Virus record (IMG/VR): IMGVR_UViG_3300048838_000933
Location: 1 to 61,469 of that record
Direction: 5' to 3' (one strand)
From: a virus
Lineage: Duplodnaviria > Caudoviricetes
Length of the DNA: 61,469 nucleotides
The notes under the pieces are model-generated. The model had not been told where the DNA came from. It was given only the letters and a program-made list of their open reading frames with translations, and searched no databases. This document shows positions 14,849 to 25,126 of the stretch, one piece after another (the first letter of the stretch is position 1; the number at the start of each line of letters is the position of its first letter). The translations under genes were made by a program, and so were the position numbers.

Positions 14849-16376
14849 CTTGAAGTCCCGCCCGCCACTTGACCTGTCCGCAACAGCGGTCGAGGTCAAC
14901 CTCAACAACAACGACGACGGCGCCTACCTGCAGTCGACGGTCGCGTACGGGCAGCGGGCCGGTCGGGACGCCTGGAAGTGGTACAACGACATCGGCGAAG
15001 TCCACTACTCGATCTCGCGTTCGGCGCGCATCGGCGGCTACACCGAGTTCATCGCCGCCGAGTTCGGCCCAGACGGCAAGGTCGTCGAAACGATCGACAC
15101 TGGCCCGGCCGCCGAGATCGCCCAATCGTTCTACTCGGCCTACGGCGGCGTGCGCGGACTCGTGGAGCGCTACTACACGCTGCTCAAGGTTCCCGGCGAC
15201 ATGTACCTGATCGACATGGGCGACGGCTACCACCTGGCGTCGCCCGACGAACTCGACGTCCAGTCGTTCTCGTGGTGGTCGCGCCAGCGCGGTTCGTTGA
15301 AGGACGTTCGCCTCGTCACCGTGCCCACCGCCTACGGGGTCGGTGCGGCCGGTTCCGGCAAGGACCAGGAGCAGTTCTCGCGCACGATCAAAGCCGACCA
15401 GTTCATCGGGCGCATCTGGTCGCCGTCCAAGCGTTACGTCGACGTCCCCGAATCCGCCCTCCACGCGCTCGACACTGAATGCGAAGCCCTGCGCGACTTG
15501 ACGCTCAGCATCAAAGCGCAGCTCCGCTCCCGCTTCGCTCTCGCCGGACTCCTCGTGCTCCCGCCCGGCATGTCCATGGCGACATCGGCCAAGGGTGCCC
15601 GGGTCGCCGGCCAGATCACGCACTCCACCGTCGACCTGCTCGTCGCCGCGATGACCCGCAACGTGAAGAAGCTGGACGACGCTTCGGCGCTGCTGCCGAT
15701 CGTGATGACCGCCGCTCACCGTGATGACGCCGAGAAGATTCGCCACATCATCATGGACCGGTCCATCTTCGAGACCGACCTCCAGCTTCGCAGCGAACTG
15801 ATCGGGCGCATCCTGCAATCGCTGGACTCCAACCAGGACTCCGTCAAGGGCGGCACTGAGCAGTCTCACTGGGGGGCATGGTCGGCCGGCGACGACGAGC
15901 GGCGCGTCGCCATCGTCCCCGACATCGAATCGCTGTGCTGGTCAGCAACCCGGCTCCTCATGCAGCGCAAGCTGCCGGAGAACTTCCCCCGCAAGGGCAA
16001 CATCGGGTTCTGGTTCGACCTGTCCCGAGCGGCGATGCGTTCCAACATGCAGGAGGACGCCCGCCAGGCATTCGACCGCATCCTGATCGGCGATCCCGGG
16101 GCCCGGCGAATGTCCGGCATCCCCGAATCTGACGCCCCTTCACCCGAGGAGCGGGTGCGCGCCGTTGGCCGCCAGGTGAAGAACCCGCTGCTGATGCTCT
16201 ACGGTACGCCCGAATACAACACCATCGACTGGGACAAGGTCGCCAAGTTCGGGAAGTCAACCGGCCCGGCGCCCGATTCCCCAGCCGACGACCCTGAGTC
16301 CGGCCCCGGACAAGGTGATCCGGGCTCTCCGGACGACCAGGACCGAGACACGCCACGAACGGAGAGACCAGCATGA
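14841..16376 (+). CDS. Portal protein
   Basis: 511 aa before protease/capsid; VPGD, RSRFALAGLLVLP, SHWGAW resemble actinophage cluster-B-type portals. Confidence 0.8.
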   Translation: MSSLKSRPPLDLSATAVEVNLNNNDDGAYLQSTVAYGQRAGRDAWKWYNDIGEVHYSISRSARIGGYTEFIAAEFGPDGKVVETIDTGPAAEIAQSFYSAYGGVRGLVERYYTLLKVPGDMYLIDMGDGYHLASPDELDVQSFSWWSRQRGSLKDVRLVTVPTAYGVGAAGSGKDQEQFSRTIKADQFIGRIWSPSKRYVDVPESALHALDTECEALRDLTLSIKAQLRSRFALAGLLVLPPGMSMATSAKGARVAGQITHSTVDLLVAAMTRNVKKLDDASALLPIVMTAAHRDDAEKIRHIIMDRSIFETDLQLRSELIGRILQSLDSNQDSVKGGTEQSHWGAWSAGDDERRVAIVPDIESLCWSATRLLMQRKLPENFPRKGNIGFWFDLSRAAMRSNMQEDARQAFDRILIGDPGARRMSGIPESDAPSPEERVRAVGRQVKNPLLMLYGTPEYNTIDWDKVAKFGKSTGPAPDSPADDPESGPGQGDPGSPDDQDRDTPRTERPA

Positions 16377-17635
16377 AGAAGCAGTACGGGGCACGCCTCA
16401 TGGACAAGCCTGATGGGATGCTCCGACCCATCTTCTTCCCAGCGCTCACATTCATGGACGTCTTCACCGGCGACCGCCGATACCTCAAGTCCGAGGGCGG
16501 CGGCACGCGTGAACTCCCGCAGACCATCTGGGCCCAGTTCACCCAGGACGGCGGCCACAACGGTGCCGTCATCGTCGGCGCGCTGCACGAGCTGACGTTC
16601 AACGACGACGGCGTCGTGTCCGGCTCGGGCTGGATTCTCGACGACGAGAACGGGCGCAAGCTGGTCATGTACGCCCAGACCCAGGCGCTGCGCGGCAACT
16701 CCGCCGACCTCGCCGACGTCCGCGCCGAGTACCAGTGGGACGACGAAGCCGACGACATCGCCATCGTGTTCTCCGAGTGGAACATCGCGGGCACCACCAT
16801 CGTCGGGCGCCCGGCGTTCAAGGACGCCAAGTATTCGCTCGACGAGGAACTGGTCGCGTCATGGATGGCCGACACCGACCCGCTCGTCATCGACCTGCCC
16901 ACCGTCATCAACGTCCTCTCGGCGCAGCCCGAGTTGACAGCGGACGCAGCGCAGCGCCCGGCATGGGATCTGTTCCACCAGGTCGAGCCCGACGTCCCGC
17001 AGCCGCAACGCATCGCCGAGGAGCCCGACGAGCGCGGCTTTCTTGCCGTCTCCGGCCACCTCGCACTGTGGAACGCGTGCCACGACGGCTACGACCAGTG
17101 CATCATCCCGCCCCGCCCGCTCGACAACTACGCAGGCTTCAACTCGGCGTCGGTGCTCACCGACAAGGGCCTCGTCGCCACCGGTCCGCTGTTCCTCAAG
17201 GGCGGCCACCCGAAGGCCGGTGAACTGGCGAAGAAGTCGGTCGAGGAATGCTACGGCTCGATCGAGAACGCCTGGGCCGACGTGCGCGTCATCCCGGGGC
17301 GCCTCGGCCCGTGGCTGTCCGGCTACGTCCGTCCCGGCACCCCCGAGGAGAACATCATCGCCGCACGCGCCTCCAAGCTGTCGGGCCACTGGCTCGGCGG
17401 TCGCCTGATGGCTGCGTGCTCGGTGAACGTGCCCGGCTACGAAGTCCCCGGCGGCGAATCGTTCTCGTTGGCCGCCGACGGCACCGTCGCCGAACTGGTC
17501 GCCAGCTTCCCGATCTGCGCCACCGAGGAGACCGGCGAAGTCGACGCCGCCGAGACCGACACGTCGACCGACGACAACTTCGACCTCGACGCCATCCGGT
17601 TCGAACTGGAGAAGCAAGACCTGCTCGCCGAGTAG
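16373..17635 (+). CDS. Capsid maturation protease
   Basis: TGDRR...HNGAVIVG...GHLALWNACH...ADVR...SGHW; synteny. Confidence 0.75.
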   Translation: MKKQYGARLMDKPDGMLRPIFFPALTFMDVFTGDRRYLKSEGGGTRELPQTIWAQFTQDGGHNGAVIVGALHELTFNDDGVVSGSGWILDDENGRKLVMYAQTQALRGNSADLADVRAEYQWDDEADDIAIVFSEWNIAGTTIVGRPAFKDAKYSLDEELVASWMADTDPLVIDLPTVINVLSAQPELTADAAQRPAWDLFHQVEPDVPQPQRIAEEPDERGFLAVSGHLALWNACHDGYDQCIIPPRPLDNYAGFNSASVLTDKGLVATGPLFLKGGHPKAGELAKKSVEECYGSIENAWADVRVIPGRLGPWLSGYVRPGTPEENIIAARASKLSGHWLGGRLMAACSVNVPGYEVPGGESFSLAADGTVAELVASFPICATEETGEVDAAETDTSTDDNFDLDAIRFELEKQDLLAE

Positions 17636-17707
17636 GCGACTTGCGAATCACGCCCTTGCACAGCAAGAGTGTCCGACCAGAAGTGCTCAAGCCCTAGGAG
17701 GCCAATC

Positions 17708-19366
17708 GTGTTCCCCGAAATCCCCGAGAACTGGAAGTCGCTGAGCGCTTCCGAACTTCGTGCCCTCGCCGCCGAGATCAAGACCGCGTTCACGGAACTC
17801 GGTGACGACATCGACGCCGACCTGCGCACCAAGGCGCTCGCCGCCGTCGACGGCCGCCCCGCCCTGCTCAGCCTCGCCGCCGAGAAGGAGCGCGAGGCCG
17901 CCGCCAAGGCTGCGCTCGCCGCCGAGGAAGACGAGATCGACGAGTCCGCCGACGACTCGGCCGACGACTCCGACGAGGACGACCTCGGTGACGAGTCCGA
18001 CACCGACGACGACGCCGACGAGACCGACGCCGACGACCTGTCGTCGAAGACCCCGGTCCGCAAGTCCGGCACGTCCACCGACCTCGGCGCCGAGCCCGAA
18101 GCCAAGCCGGCCACCCCGGCGCTGCGCCCCGACGCCATCCTGGCTCGCGGTGGCGTCACCGACCGCAAGGGCGGCGAGCGCTTCGAGAGCTGGGGCGACC
18201 TCGCCCAGACGCTGCTCGAAGTCGCCGAGACCGTCTCGCCTTCCTCGACCGCCAAGCACCAGGTCGCCTACGTGGAAGGCAACTTCTCCGAGGCCCAGCA
18301 GCTCGGCCCGAACATGGTGTCCAACCTCAAGCGGTTCGACACCGAGGAACTGCAGGCAGCGTTCTGCGCACCCGCCACGCCGGTCTACGACATGGCGTGC
18401 TGGAACACCGACCGCCGCCCGGTCCGTGGCAGCCTCCCACAGTTCCGCCCCGACGCCCGCGGCTCGGTCAGCATCTTCCCGTCGCCGTCACTGTCGGACA
18501 TCACCGGCCAGTCGCCGGCCGGTGTCGGCATCTGGGACACCGACGACGACGACACGATCGGCACGACCGACCCGTCGTCGAAGGAGTGCGCGACGATCAC
18601 CTGCGGTTCGCCGACGGTGTACTCGCTGTACGGCGTGTGGCGCTGCCTCACCATCCAGAACTTGCTCGCCATGACCTTCCCTGAGCTGGTCGAGGCGTGG
18701 CTCAACCGCCTGGGCGCCGCCCACTCCCGTCTCGCCGAGACCCAGCTCCTTGAGGCCATGGGTACCGAGGCTGCAGCGGTCACCGGTGAGACCTTGGCCT
18801 ACGGCGCTTCGACGTCGGTCACCACCCAGATCCTCGAAGTGATCGCCCTCCACCAGGAGCAGGAGCGCTGGGACGGCGACCAGATGGAAGGCTGGATGCC
18901 TCGCTGGGTCCGCTCGGCGATGAAGATGGACATCATGCGTCGCCGCAGCGACTCGGGTCGCCCGTCGATGGTGACCGACGCGGAGATCGACACGATGTTC
19001 CGCAACGTCGGTGTCAACCCGCACTTCTTCATCGACACCCCGACCTGGGCCGCAGCCGTTCCGGCCGTCGCCACCGGCGGCAACAAGAACAACCTGCCCG
19101 CCACCATCGACATCCTGCTCGCCCCCCGGGGCAAGTTCGCCGTCATGGACCGCGGCCAGCTCAACATCGGCGTGACCGGCAACAACATCTACCGCGACAA
19201 CGCATCGAACGCCTCCAACCAGTTCACCATGTTCTGGGAGAACTTCGAAGGCATCGTGAACACCGACTCGTGCCCTGCGTACCTGCTCGAGTTCCCGGCG
19301 CTCTGCTACAGCGGCGTCCAGATCGCTGACCTGGCGATCGACTGCGACGGCACCCCGACCGTCTGA
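17708..19366 (+). CDS. Major capsid protein with N-terminal scaffold-like domain
   Basis: AGGAG RBS + GTG, strong codon bias, helical/acidic N-terminus, FCAPATPVYD, followed by terminator. Confidence 0.85.
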   Translation: MFPEIPENWKSLSASELRALAAEIKTAFTELGDDIDADLRTKALAAVDGRPALLSLAAEKEREAAAKAALAAEEDEIDESADDSADDSDEDDLGDESDTDDDADETDADDLSSKTPVRKSGTSTDLGAEPEAKPATPALRPDAILARGGVTDRKGGERFESWGDLAQTLLEVAETVSPSSTAKHQVAYVEGNFSEAQQLGPNMVSNLKRFDTEELQAAFCAPATPVYDMACWNTDRRPVRGSLPQFRPDARGSVSIFPSPSLSDITGQSPAGVGIWDTDDDDTIGTTDPSSKECATITCGSPTVYSLYGVWRCLTIQNLLAMTFPELVEAWLNRLGAAHSRLAETQLLEAMGTEAAAVTGETLAYGASTSVTTQILEVIALHQEQERWDGDQMEGWMPRWVRSAMKMDIMRRRSDSGRPSMVTDAEIDTMFRNVGVNPHFFIDTPTWAAAVPAVATGGNKNNLPATIDILLAPRGKFAVMDRGQLNIGVTGNNIYRDNASNASNQFTMFWENFEGIVNTDSCPAYLLEFPALCYSGVQIADLAIDCDGTPTV

Positions 19367-19386
19367 CCAACCGAACGAACAACTGA

Positions 19387-19423
19387 ACGAGAGGCCGGGT
19401 CGTACGTCGGCCCGGCCTCTCGT
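19387..19423 (+). terminator. Stem-loop terminator
   Basis: ACGAGAGGCCGGG...CCCGGCCTCTCGT. Confidence 0.75.
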
Positions 19424-19442
19424 CGTGTGAGAGGATGAGCCA

Positions 19443-20363
19443 ATGATCAACATGGAAGTCCCCATCCAGCTCCCGGCACCGACGCGGCGCTCGGGCGGCC
19501 TGTTCGTGGATGTCGCCACACCGATCGACACGAACTTCGGTGGGCGCGACCGGCTCGGCTCCGGGGTCGTTCATGTCCCGTGGGGATGCGACCAGGTGTT
19601 CCTCGGCAACGCCGAAATCTGCGTTGTGGACGGCGAGACCGTGATCTCCGGGGTCGACGGCATTGACGTCGGCGCCTCGGACCTGGTGTCGAAGGACAAC
19701 GCGATCCGCCCGATCCCCGACCAGGTGGCCCACCCGCCGTTCAAGGTTGTCGACGGTCTCGAATGCGGCGTGCTTTCGATGCCCCACGACACCACGCCGA
19801 GCGCCTCAATCGGCAACCGGCTCCGCTGGCGGATCACGACGCAACTGTCGAAGATGATGCTCGCCGAACTGGTTTCCGGCTCCGTCTCGGGCGGCCCGTC
19901 ACTCGCCTCGGAAGCCACCCCACTGACGGCGGCCACCGGCGTGTTCGGGGCGGCATTCCATGTTGAGACCTGGCTCGCCAGCGTCCTCCACAACGCTGTC
20001 GGCGCCATCGTGCTCCCGGTCGGCCTGCTGCCGCTCGCAGTTGAGTCCGGCTGGGTGAACGCGGCCACGATGCGGACCCTCACCGGCCACTACGTGATCG
20101 CGGACGCCGGGTTCACTGGCGACATCACCGATCCGACTTCGGCGACGCCGGCCACGTTCTCAGTATTCGGTATGGCGATCCCGGGCCACGCCTACTCCAA
20201 CCCGCGCATCTTGGAGGTCGCCTCCGGCCGCAGCCACGTCGACATCACCGACGACGTCATCCGCGAAATCATGGAGTCCTACGCTCAGCTCGCCTTCGAC
20301 CCGTGCTCGGTCGGCGAAGTCGACACGACGTTGGACTTCGACCAGTTGTTCTTGACGCCGTAA
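19443..20363 (+). CDS. Second capsid protein (candidate pentamer/minor capsid)
   Basis: 306 aa directly after MCP, as in cluster-B-like heads; synteny only. Confidence 0.55.
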   Translation: MINMEVPIQLPAPTRRSGGLFVDVATPIDTNFGGRDRLGSGVVHVPWGCDQVFLGNAEICVVDGETVISGVDGIDVGASDLVSKDNAIRPIPDQVAHPPFKVVDGLECGVLSMPHDTTPSASIGNRLRWRITTQLSKMMLAELVSGSVSGGPSLASEATPLTAATGVFGAAFHVETWLASVLHNAVGAIVLPVGLLPLAVESGWVNAATMRTLTGHYVIADAGFTGDITDPTSATPATFSVFGMAIPGHAYSNPRILEVASGRSHVDITDDVIREIMESYAQLAFDPCSVGEVDTTLDFDQLFLTP

Positions 20364-20372
20364 GGAGACCCC

Positions 20373-20561
20373 GCGGCCCAGAAGGGCAAGCCATTCCCAA
20401 CGTACGTCGGCGAGGCCGCAGCGATCGGTACGCCTGCCGCCGACGACGAAATAGTTTGGCGAGACGCGTCCAGCAACGTCACCGCGCGTGAGACTTCGGC
20501 GGCGCTCGATGCGAGACTTGCTGCCAAGAATGGCCGCCGTACGTCCTGCCTGTTGAGATGA
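20373..20561 (+). pseudogene. Start-less truncated paralog of the 39934 fibre N-terminus
   Basis: KGKPFPTYVGEAAAIGTPAADDEIVWRDAS; AGGAG RBS followed by GCG at start position. Confidence 0.7.
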
Positions 20562-20564
20562 CGT

Positions 20565-20577
20565 GGCATGATATGAC
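20565..20577. promoter_or_regulatory. Operator/-10 of glycosyltransferase cassette
   Basis: GGCATGATATGAC; GTG start at 20579. Confidence 0.65.
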
Positions 20578-20578
20578 G

Positions 20579-21325
20579 GTGCCTTTGGTCCACGTCACCA
20601 TCCCCACGTTCAAGACGCCGCCCGAGATGCTCCGACGGGCAGTCCTGTCAGTTCTCGAGCAGACACACCGAGACCTCCGGCTTATCGTGGTCTGCGACGG
20701 CGAGCCGATTCACCGCGCTCAAGAAGCGTTGGTGGGCCTGTCGGACGCGAGGATGAACTTGCTGAGCCACGAGGTCAACCAGGGTCGGTACGCGTGCGAC
20801 CACAACCTGGTCCGCTCAATCGCTCAACGCGAGCCCGGACAACTGTGGGCTCCACTCGACTCCGACGATTGGGCCGAACTGGACTGGCTGGAGAAGCTGC
20901 TGGCGTGGAAAGACGCGGCAGACGCGGACGTCGCGTTCTGCAACCACCGCATCCATCGCAGCAGCCGGGCCGGGCAACGCATCGAAGTGGCGAAGCCGTG
21001 GGACGGCACCGACCGGCTCGCATGGCACGCCCACCTGTCGGGGCTGTGGTCGGTCGACTTCGTCGTGCGCTGGGGGCTGACGAACCCACGCTGGAGAATC
21101 GGCTGGGACACGATCATGACCAGCGCTCCGTGGGTGCTCGGGCGGGCCACCATCTGCCCGCTGCCGCTCGTCAACCGTACCGTCCGGCCGAACTCACTCA
21201 CTACCGCCCGGGCCACCCGGTTCGGATCACCAGCCCGAGCCGAAGCGCGACGTCGCTGCCAGCAGGTCTGGTCAGAGATCGTCGCCAACCCGAATCTCGC
21301 ATCGGAGATACTCGACAATGCCTGA
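20579..21325 (+). CDS. GT2-family glycosyltransferase
   Basis: VTIPTF...RAVLSVLEQT...IVVCDG...NQG...LDSDD. Confidence 0.9.
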   Translation: MPLVHVTIPTFKTPPEMLRRAVLSVLEQTHRDLRLIVVCDGEPIHRAQEALVGLSDARMNLLSHEVNQGRYACDHNLVRSIAQREPGQLWAPLDSDDWAELDWLEKLLAWKDAADADVAFCNHRIHRSSRAGQRIEVAKPWDGTDRLAWHAHLSGLWSVDFVVRWGLTNPRWRIGWDTIMTSAPWVLGRATICPLPLVNRTVRPNSLTTARATRFGSPARAEARRRCQQVWSEIVANPNLASEILDNA

Positions 21326-22535
21326 ACTTCCCGCACTCAAGATTCGCAACCTCAAGCTCAACGACTGGGCGCTGTCAAAGGCGACGCTCGCCGAGCTGGA
21401 CGCCTACCTGCGACGCCACAACCCGATGAACATCGTCGAGTTCGGCTCCGGCCACTCCACAGTGATCCTGGCCCGCTACGCCTCGGAGACTGGAGCCAAC
21501 GTCACTACCTTTGAGCACGACCCGAAGTTCCTGCGCCAGACCCACCATCTCCTCGGCGGCCTCAGGGGCTACGTCGACCTGGAGTTGGCGCCACTGGCCG
21601 GCTCGCCCCCGATGTACAGCGCGAGGATGCCGGGGCTGTTCGACTTCGCCCTGATCGACGGACCACCGCAAGGCAAGGGCGGGCGGGCCGCGACGTTCCC
21701 GGCGCTGATGGACATCGACCACGGCGAGTACGCCGAAGTGTGGCTCGATGACGGATCGCGGCAGCAGGAATCTCTGGCGGCCGAGGAGTGGATGAAGACC
21801 TTTGCTGGGTGGTCGTTCGACTTCCACGGGTTGCCTCACGGGCTGCTGCGGTTCGGCAAGCACATCCGACCGCCACTGATCGACGGCACCGGGGTAACGA
21901 TCACCATGTTGACCGGTGCCCGCCCGGAGCTGTTCGCCGACACCTGGAACCACCTCCCCAGGTCGCTCGTCCAGTCGGCGGATTGCATCGTCGTGCTCGT
22001 CAACGGAGCCGACGTCGAGACCTTGCAGTTCGTTGAGGATCACATCGTCCCGCTCGGGCTCAACCTCGTGAAACTGACAACGACCGAGATCGAACCGATG
22101 GGCCAAGCCATGGGACGGTTCGTCGACCATGTCGAGTCACCCCTGTGGTTGCACCTCGAGGACGACTGGCGCTACGTCACCACCCACGACGGCTGGCTCA
22201 ACGAAGCACGGACGGTCCTCGCTGACGAGCCCGATGTCGCCCAGGTTCGTCTCCGTCACAGCTCGGAGTCCGTGCTCGACTACCACCAGCAGACCCGCAA
22301 GCCGCTCAACTGGCAGTCCCACCAGTTCGGGATGGTGTCGGAGAGTTCCCACCTGACCGCCAACCCGATGCTGGCGCGCACCGATCAGTGGGCATCGCTG
22401 TGGCCGTGCGTCGGTGAGAAGGCGATGCAGAGAACCGCCGTGTCCAAAGGGATGCACCGGGTGGTACAACTGCATCCTGGTGCGTTCACTCACACGGGAG
22501 ACTCAGATTCGCTCAGAGGGAAGTTGGGGCGTTGA
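21318..22535 (+). CDS. Class I SAM methyltransferase fused to GT-A-like domain
   Basis: IVEFGSGHST, LIDGPP, LDD; C-terminal LHLEDDW. Confidence 0.85.
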   Translation: MPELPALKIRNLKLNDWALSKATLAELDAYLRRHNPMNIVEFGSGHSTVILARYASETGANVTTFEHDPKFLRQTHHLLGGLRGYVDLELAPLAGSPPMYSARMPGLFDFALIDGPPQGKGGRAATFPALMDIDHGEYAEVWLDDGSRQQESLAAEEWMKTFAGWSFDFHGLPHGLLRFGKHIRPPLIDGTGVTITMLTGARPELFADTWNHLPRSLVQSADCIVVLVNGADVETLQFVEDHIVPLGLNLVKLTTTEIEPMGQAMGRFVDHVESPLWLHLEDDWRYVTTHDGWLNEARTVLADEPDVAQVRLRHSSESVLDYHQQTRKPLNWQSHQFGMVSESSHLTANPMLARTDQWASLWPCVGEKAMQRTAVSKGMHRVVQLHPGAFTHTGDSDSLRGKLGR

Positions 22536-23197
22536 GCATCGACGTCGTCATCCCCTGGTCTGGGAACTGTGTCTACAGGGCGTCTGCACGATCCTGGGTG
22601 GAATCGCAGTGGCGTTCGCTCGGCTTCAACGTGATCGTCGGCGAAATCGATGGCCAGTGGTCGAAAGCCCGAGCGGTCGCCGTCGCCCTCAAACAGTCCG
22701 ATGCGGACACCCTCATCGTGACCGACGCCGATCTTTGGAGCGAAGCAGCACCGGCTGCGGCCCTTTCGGTTGACACCACCGGCGGATGGGCAGTCCCGTT
22801 CTCCACGGTGCGCCGACTCGACCTGCCGTCCACCACCGAAGTCCTCAACGGCGGCCCGCTCGGCGGCAAGCTCGCCAGGCCACCGTTCCGGGCGGTCCCC
22901 GGCGGCGGGCTCACCATCCTGCGCCGGGACCTGTACGACCAAGTTCCACTCGACGCCCGCTTCATCGGCTGGAACTACGAAGACGTCGCATGGGGCCAAG
23001 CCCTCACGTTCGTCGCCGGGCGCCCGAAGATGTACAACGTGGCGCTGTGGCACCTCTGGCACCCACCGGCACCGAAAGGCCCGTCACCGGAGAGGACCAT
23101 CGGCACCGAACTGCGCGGCCGGTACTCGAAGGCCCGCCGCAACCCAGAAGCCATGGAAGCTCTGCTGTCCGAAGCCCGTGAAGCGCTCAGGTGCTAA
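22532..23197 (+). CDS. Glycosyltransferase (GT2/GT7C-like)
   Basis: VVIPW, DAD, GGG, DARFIGWNYED, HLWH. Confidence 0.85.
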   Translation: MSIDVVIPWSGNCVYRASARSWVESQWRSLGFNVIVGEIDGQWSKARAVAVALKQSDADTLIVTDADLWSEAAPAAALSVDTTGGWAVPFSTVRRLDLPSTTEVLNGGPLGGKLARPPFRAVPGGGLTILRRDLYDQVPLDARFIGWNYEDVAWGQALTFVAGRPKMYNVALWHLWHPPAPKGPSPERTIGTELRGRYSKARRNPEAMEALLSEAREALRC

Positions 23198-23206
23198 TCT
23201 GCGGCC

Positions 23207-23941
23207 GTGGTGTACCAACTCCGTGAAGCGTGTGAACCGTTTGCCGTCTTCGCGGACGTCACATGCGACTGCGAGGGGGTGGGCGAGGCCGAGGTCGACG
23301 AGATTCTCGCCCAGGCCACCGACGCCCTGGTCGCCATGAGCGGCTTCCAGTATCGGGGCCAATGCCTGGAGACCTTCCGCCCCCGCGGCCCGTCTGGCTG
23401 CTCGTGTCTCTCGACGACGGCATGGAACTGCCGGTGCTCCGACCTCGAAGGCTTCACGCTGCCGAGCCCGATCGCATTGAACTCAGACGGCGACCCCGAC
23501 ATCACCGTCACCATCGATGGCGACGTGTTCGTCGACTGGGTGCTCGTCGACGGCAACTTCCTGATGCGCTCCGATGGCCGGTCATGGCCCTCATGTCAGG
23601 ACGTCACGATCCCGGCCGGTGAAGTCGGGTCGTTTGAGGTCACCGTCAACTACGGCGATCCGCCGTCGCTGATCGCCCGCAACGCCGTCACCGAGATCGC
23701 CTGCCTGTTCCTGCGACGCAACCCGAACTCGCAACGCAACCTGCCGGCCAACACCCGCACCGCCTCGTCGCAGGGTGTCACGATCACGATGGAAACCTTG
23801 GAGAAGGAGATCGCGAACCGGGCCTTCATGCTCCCGTGGACGATCCGCTTCCTGACGATCCACGCGCCCCAGGGTCGCAACACCCCGTACGTCTATTCGC
23901 CCGAGCTGGACTCAGGGTTCGTGCTACATCGCGTCCAATGA
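23207..23941 (+). CDS. Head-to-tail adaptor
   Basis: ATDALVAMSG, WPSCQ, YGDPP, QGVTI motifs; synteny. Confidence 0.7.
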   Translation: MVYQLREACEPFAVFADVTCDCEGVGEAEVDEILAQATDALVAMSGFQYRGQCLETFRPRGPSGCSCLSTTAWNCRCSDLEGFTLPSPIALNSDGDPDITVTIDGDVFVDWVLVDGNFLMRSDGRSWPSCQDVTIPAGEVGSFEVTVNYGDPPSLIARNAVTEIACLFLRRNPNSQRNLPANTRTASSQGVTITMETLEKEIANRAFMLPWTIRFLTIHAPQGRNTPYVYSPELDSGFVLHRVQ

Positions 23942-24306
23942 AGCGCACCGAGCTGATCCGCAAGACACCGCTGCGCCAGAAGAAGCCGATGAACCGCAGC
24001 GGGCGGGTCAAGCCCCGCTCCAAGAAGACGCTCGCCGAGATGCCCGAGCGGGCCCGGGTGCGAGACGCCGTGCTGGCCCGGGACCGCATCTGCCGGGGCC
24101 GAGGTCTGACACCCGTGGATTGCACCACGCACTCGAGCGATGTCCACGAGTTGAAGCGGGGCGCCAACCGGCGTGAGTGCTACCTGGACCCGGCGAAGTG
24201 CATCGGGCTCTGCCGCACCTGCCACACCTTCGTCACCGAGCACCCGGCCGAAGCCCGCCTGCTGGGGTTGGCGCTACGGAGCGGCGACCCGTTCCCGGCG
24301 TCGTAG
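23938..24306 (+). CDS. HNH endonuclease
   Basis: RDRIC...DVHE...LCRTCH; basic N-terminus. Confidence 0.8.
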   Translation: MKRTELIRKTPLRQKKPMNRSGRVKPRSKKTLAEMPERARVRDAVLARDRICRGRGLTPVDCTTHSSDVHELKRGANRRECYLDPAKCIGLCRTCHTFVTEHPAEARLLGLALRSGDPFPAS

Positions 24307-24376
24307 CCATTCGACAATCAGCCATCGCGTCGGTGAAGATGTCGGCCAACAGCGTTTCTCGAAAGGACGACTCAAC

Positions 24377-25099
24377 ATGGCATCCGCACTTCCAGGCGAC
24401 ATCTGCGTTGGCGAACACTCCGTCTGCCTCGTGCGCGCAGCACTTCTCGGCGCAGACTGCACCCCCGTGGGTGGCGCCGACACCGGCATCGTCACCACCG
24501 GCATCATCACCGCGACCGCTTCGCCCGAGTTCATCGACGGCGCCTCGTTCGAGCCCCTGACCGGCTGCGGCCGCATCGCATGGGCCTACGAGACGAAGGC
24601 GCAGATTCGCCGGTGGAACATCTCCGGCGAACTCACCTACTTCGACCACGAGGCCATGTCGATCCTGTTCGGCGGCCAGATCGTCGTCGGCGAGGTGGGC
24701 ACGGCGTTTGCCGGAGACAACATCGGTTGGGCATCGCCGTTCTACACCGACACCGAAGTGTCCGACAACGTGTACCTCGAGTTCATCACCCTCACCGCCG
24801 GTGAAGGCGTCGGCGACTGCGGCAACCCGGGCGACCCGTTCCCCGCAGCCGTCGGCCACATCTTCCCGAAGGCGTCGCTCAACCCGGGCGAGCGCACGAT
24901 GGAGTTCGATGCGGCCACGCTCGCCTTTGAGGGCTTCTCGGTGAACAACCCGAACATCGGCGACGGCCCGTGGAACGACTGGCCCGGCGTCGGCAACATC
25001 CCGAACAGCGGCTACACCCGGGTCAGCTACAGCCAGGACGAGTACGACGCCATCCTGGCGCTCGCCGCCTGCGGCTTCCAGACCACGCTTACCCCGTGA
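24377..25099 (+). CDS. Major tail protein
   Basis: GAAAGGA RBS, high codon bias, 240 aa, followed by terminator. Confidence 0.75.
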   Translation: MASALPGDICVGEHSVCLVRAALLGADCTPVGGADTGIVTTGIITATASPEFIDGASFEPLTGCGRIAWAYETKAQIRRWNISGELTYFDHEAMSILFGGQIVVGEVGTAFAGDNIGWASPFYTDTEVSDNVYLEFITLTAGEGVGDCGNPGDPFPAAVGHIFPKASLNPGERTMEFDAATLAFEGFSVNNPNIGDGPWNDWPGVGNIPNSGYTRVSYSQDEYDAILALAACGFQTTLTP

Positions 25100-25126
25100 C
25101 CACAGCCCGCTGACGAAGCCCCCTCA

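Noticed and set aside
14469-15869. 466-aa minus-strand ORF
   Set aside because: Antisense shadow of the portal in high-GC DNA
17930-18040. GAC-rich tandem repeats
   Set aside because: Explained by the acidic linker of the capsid protein
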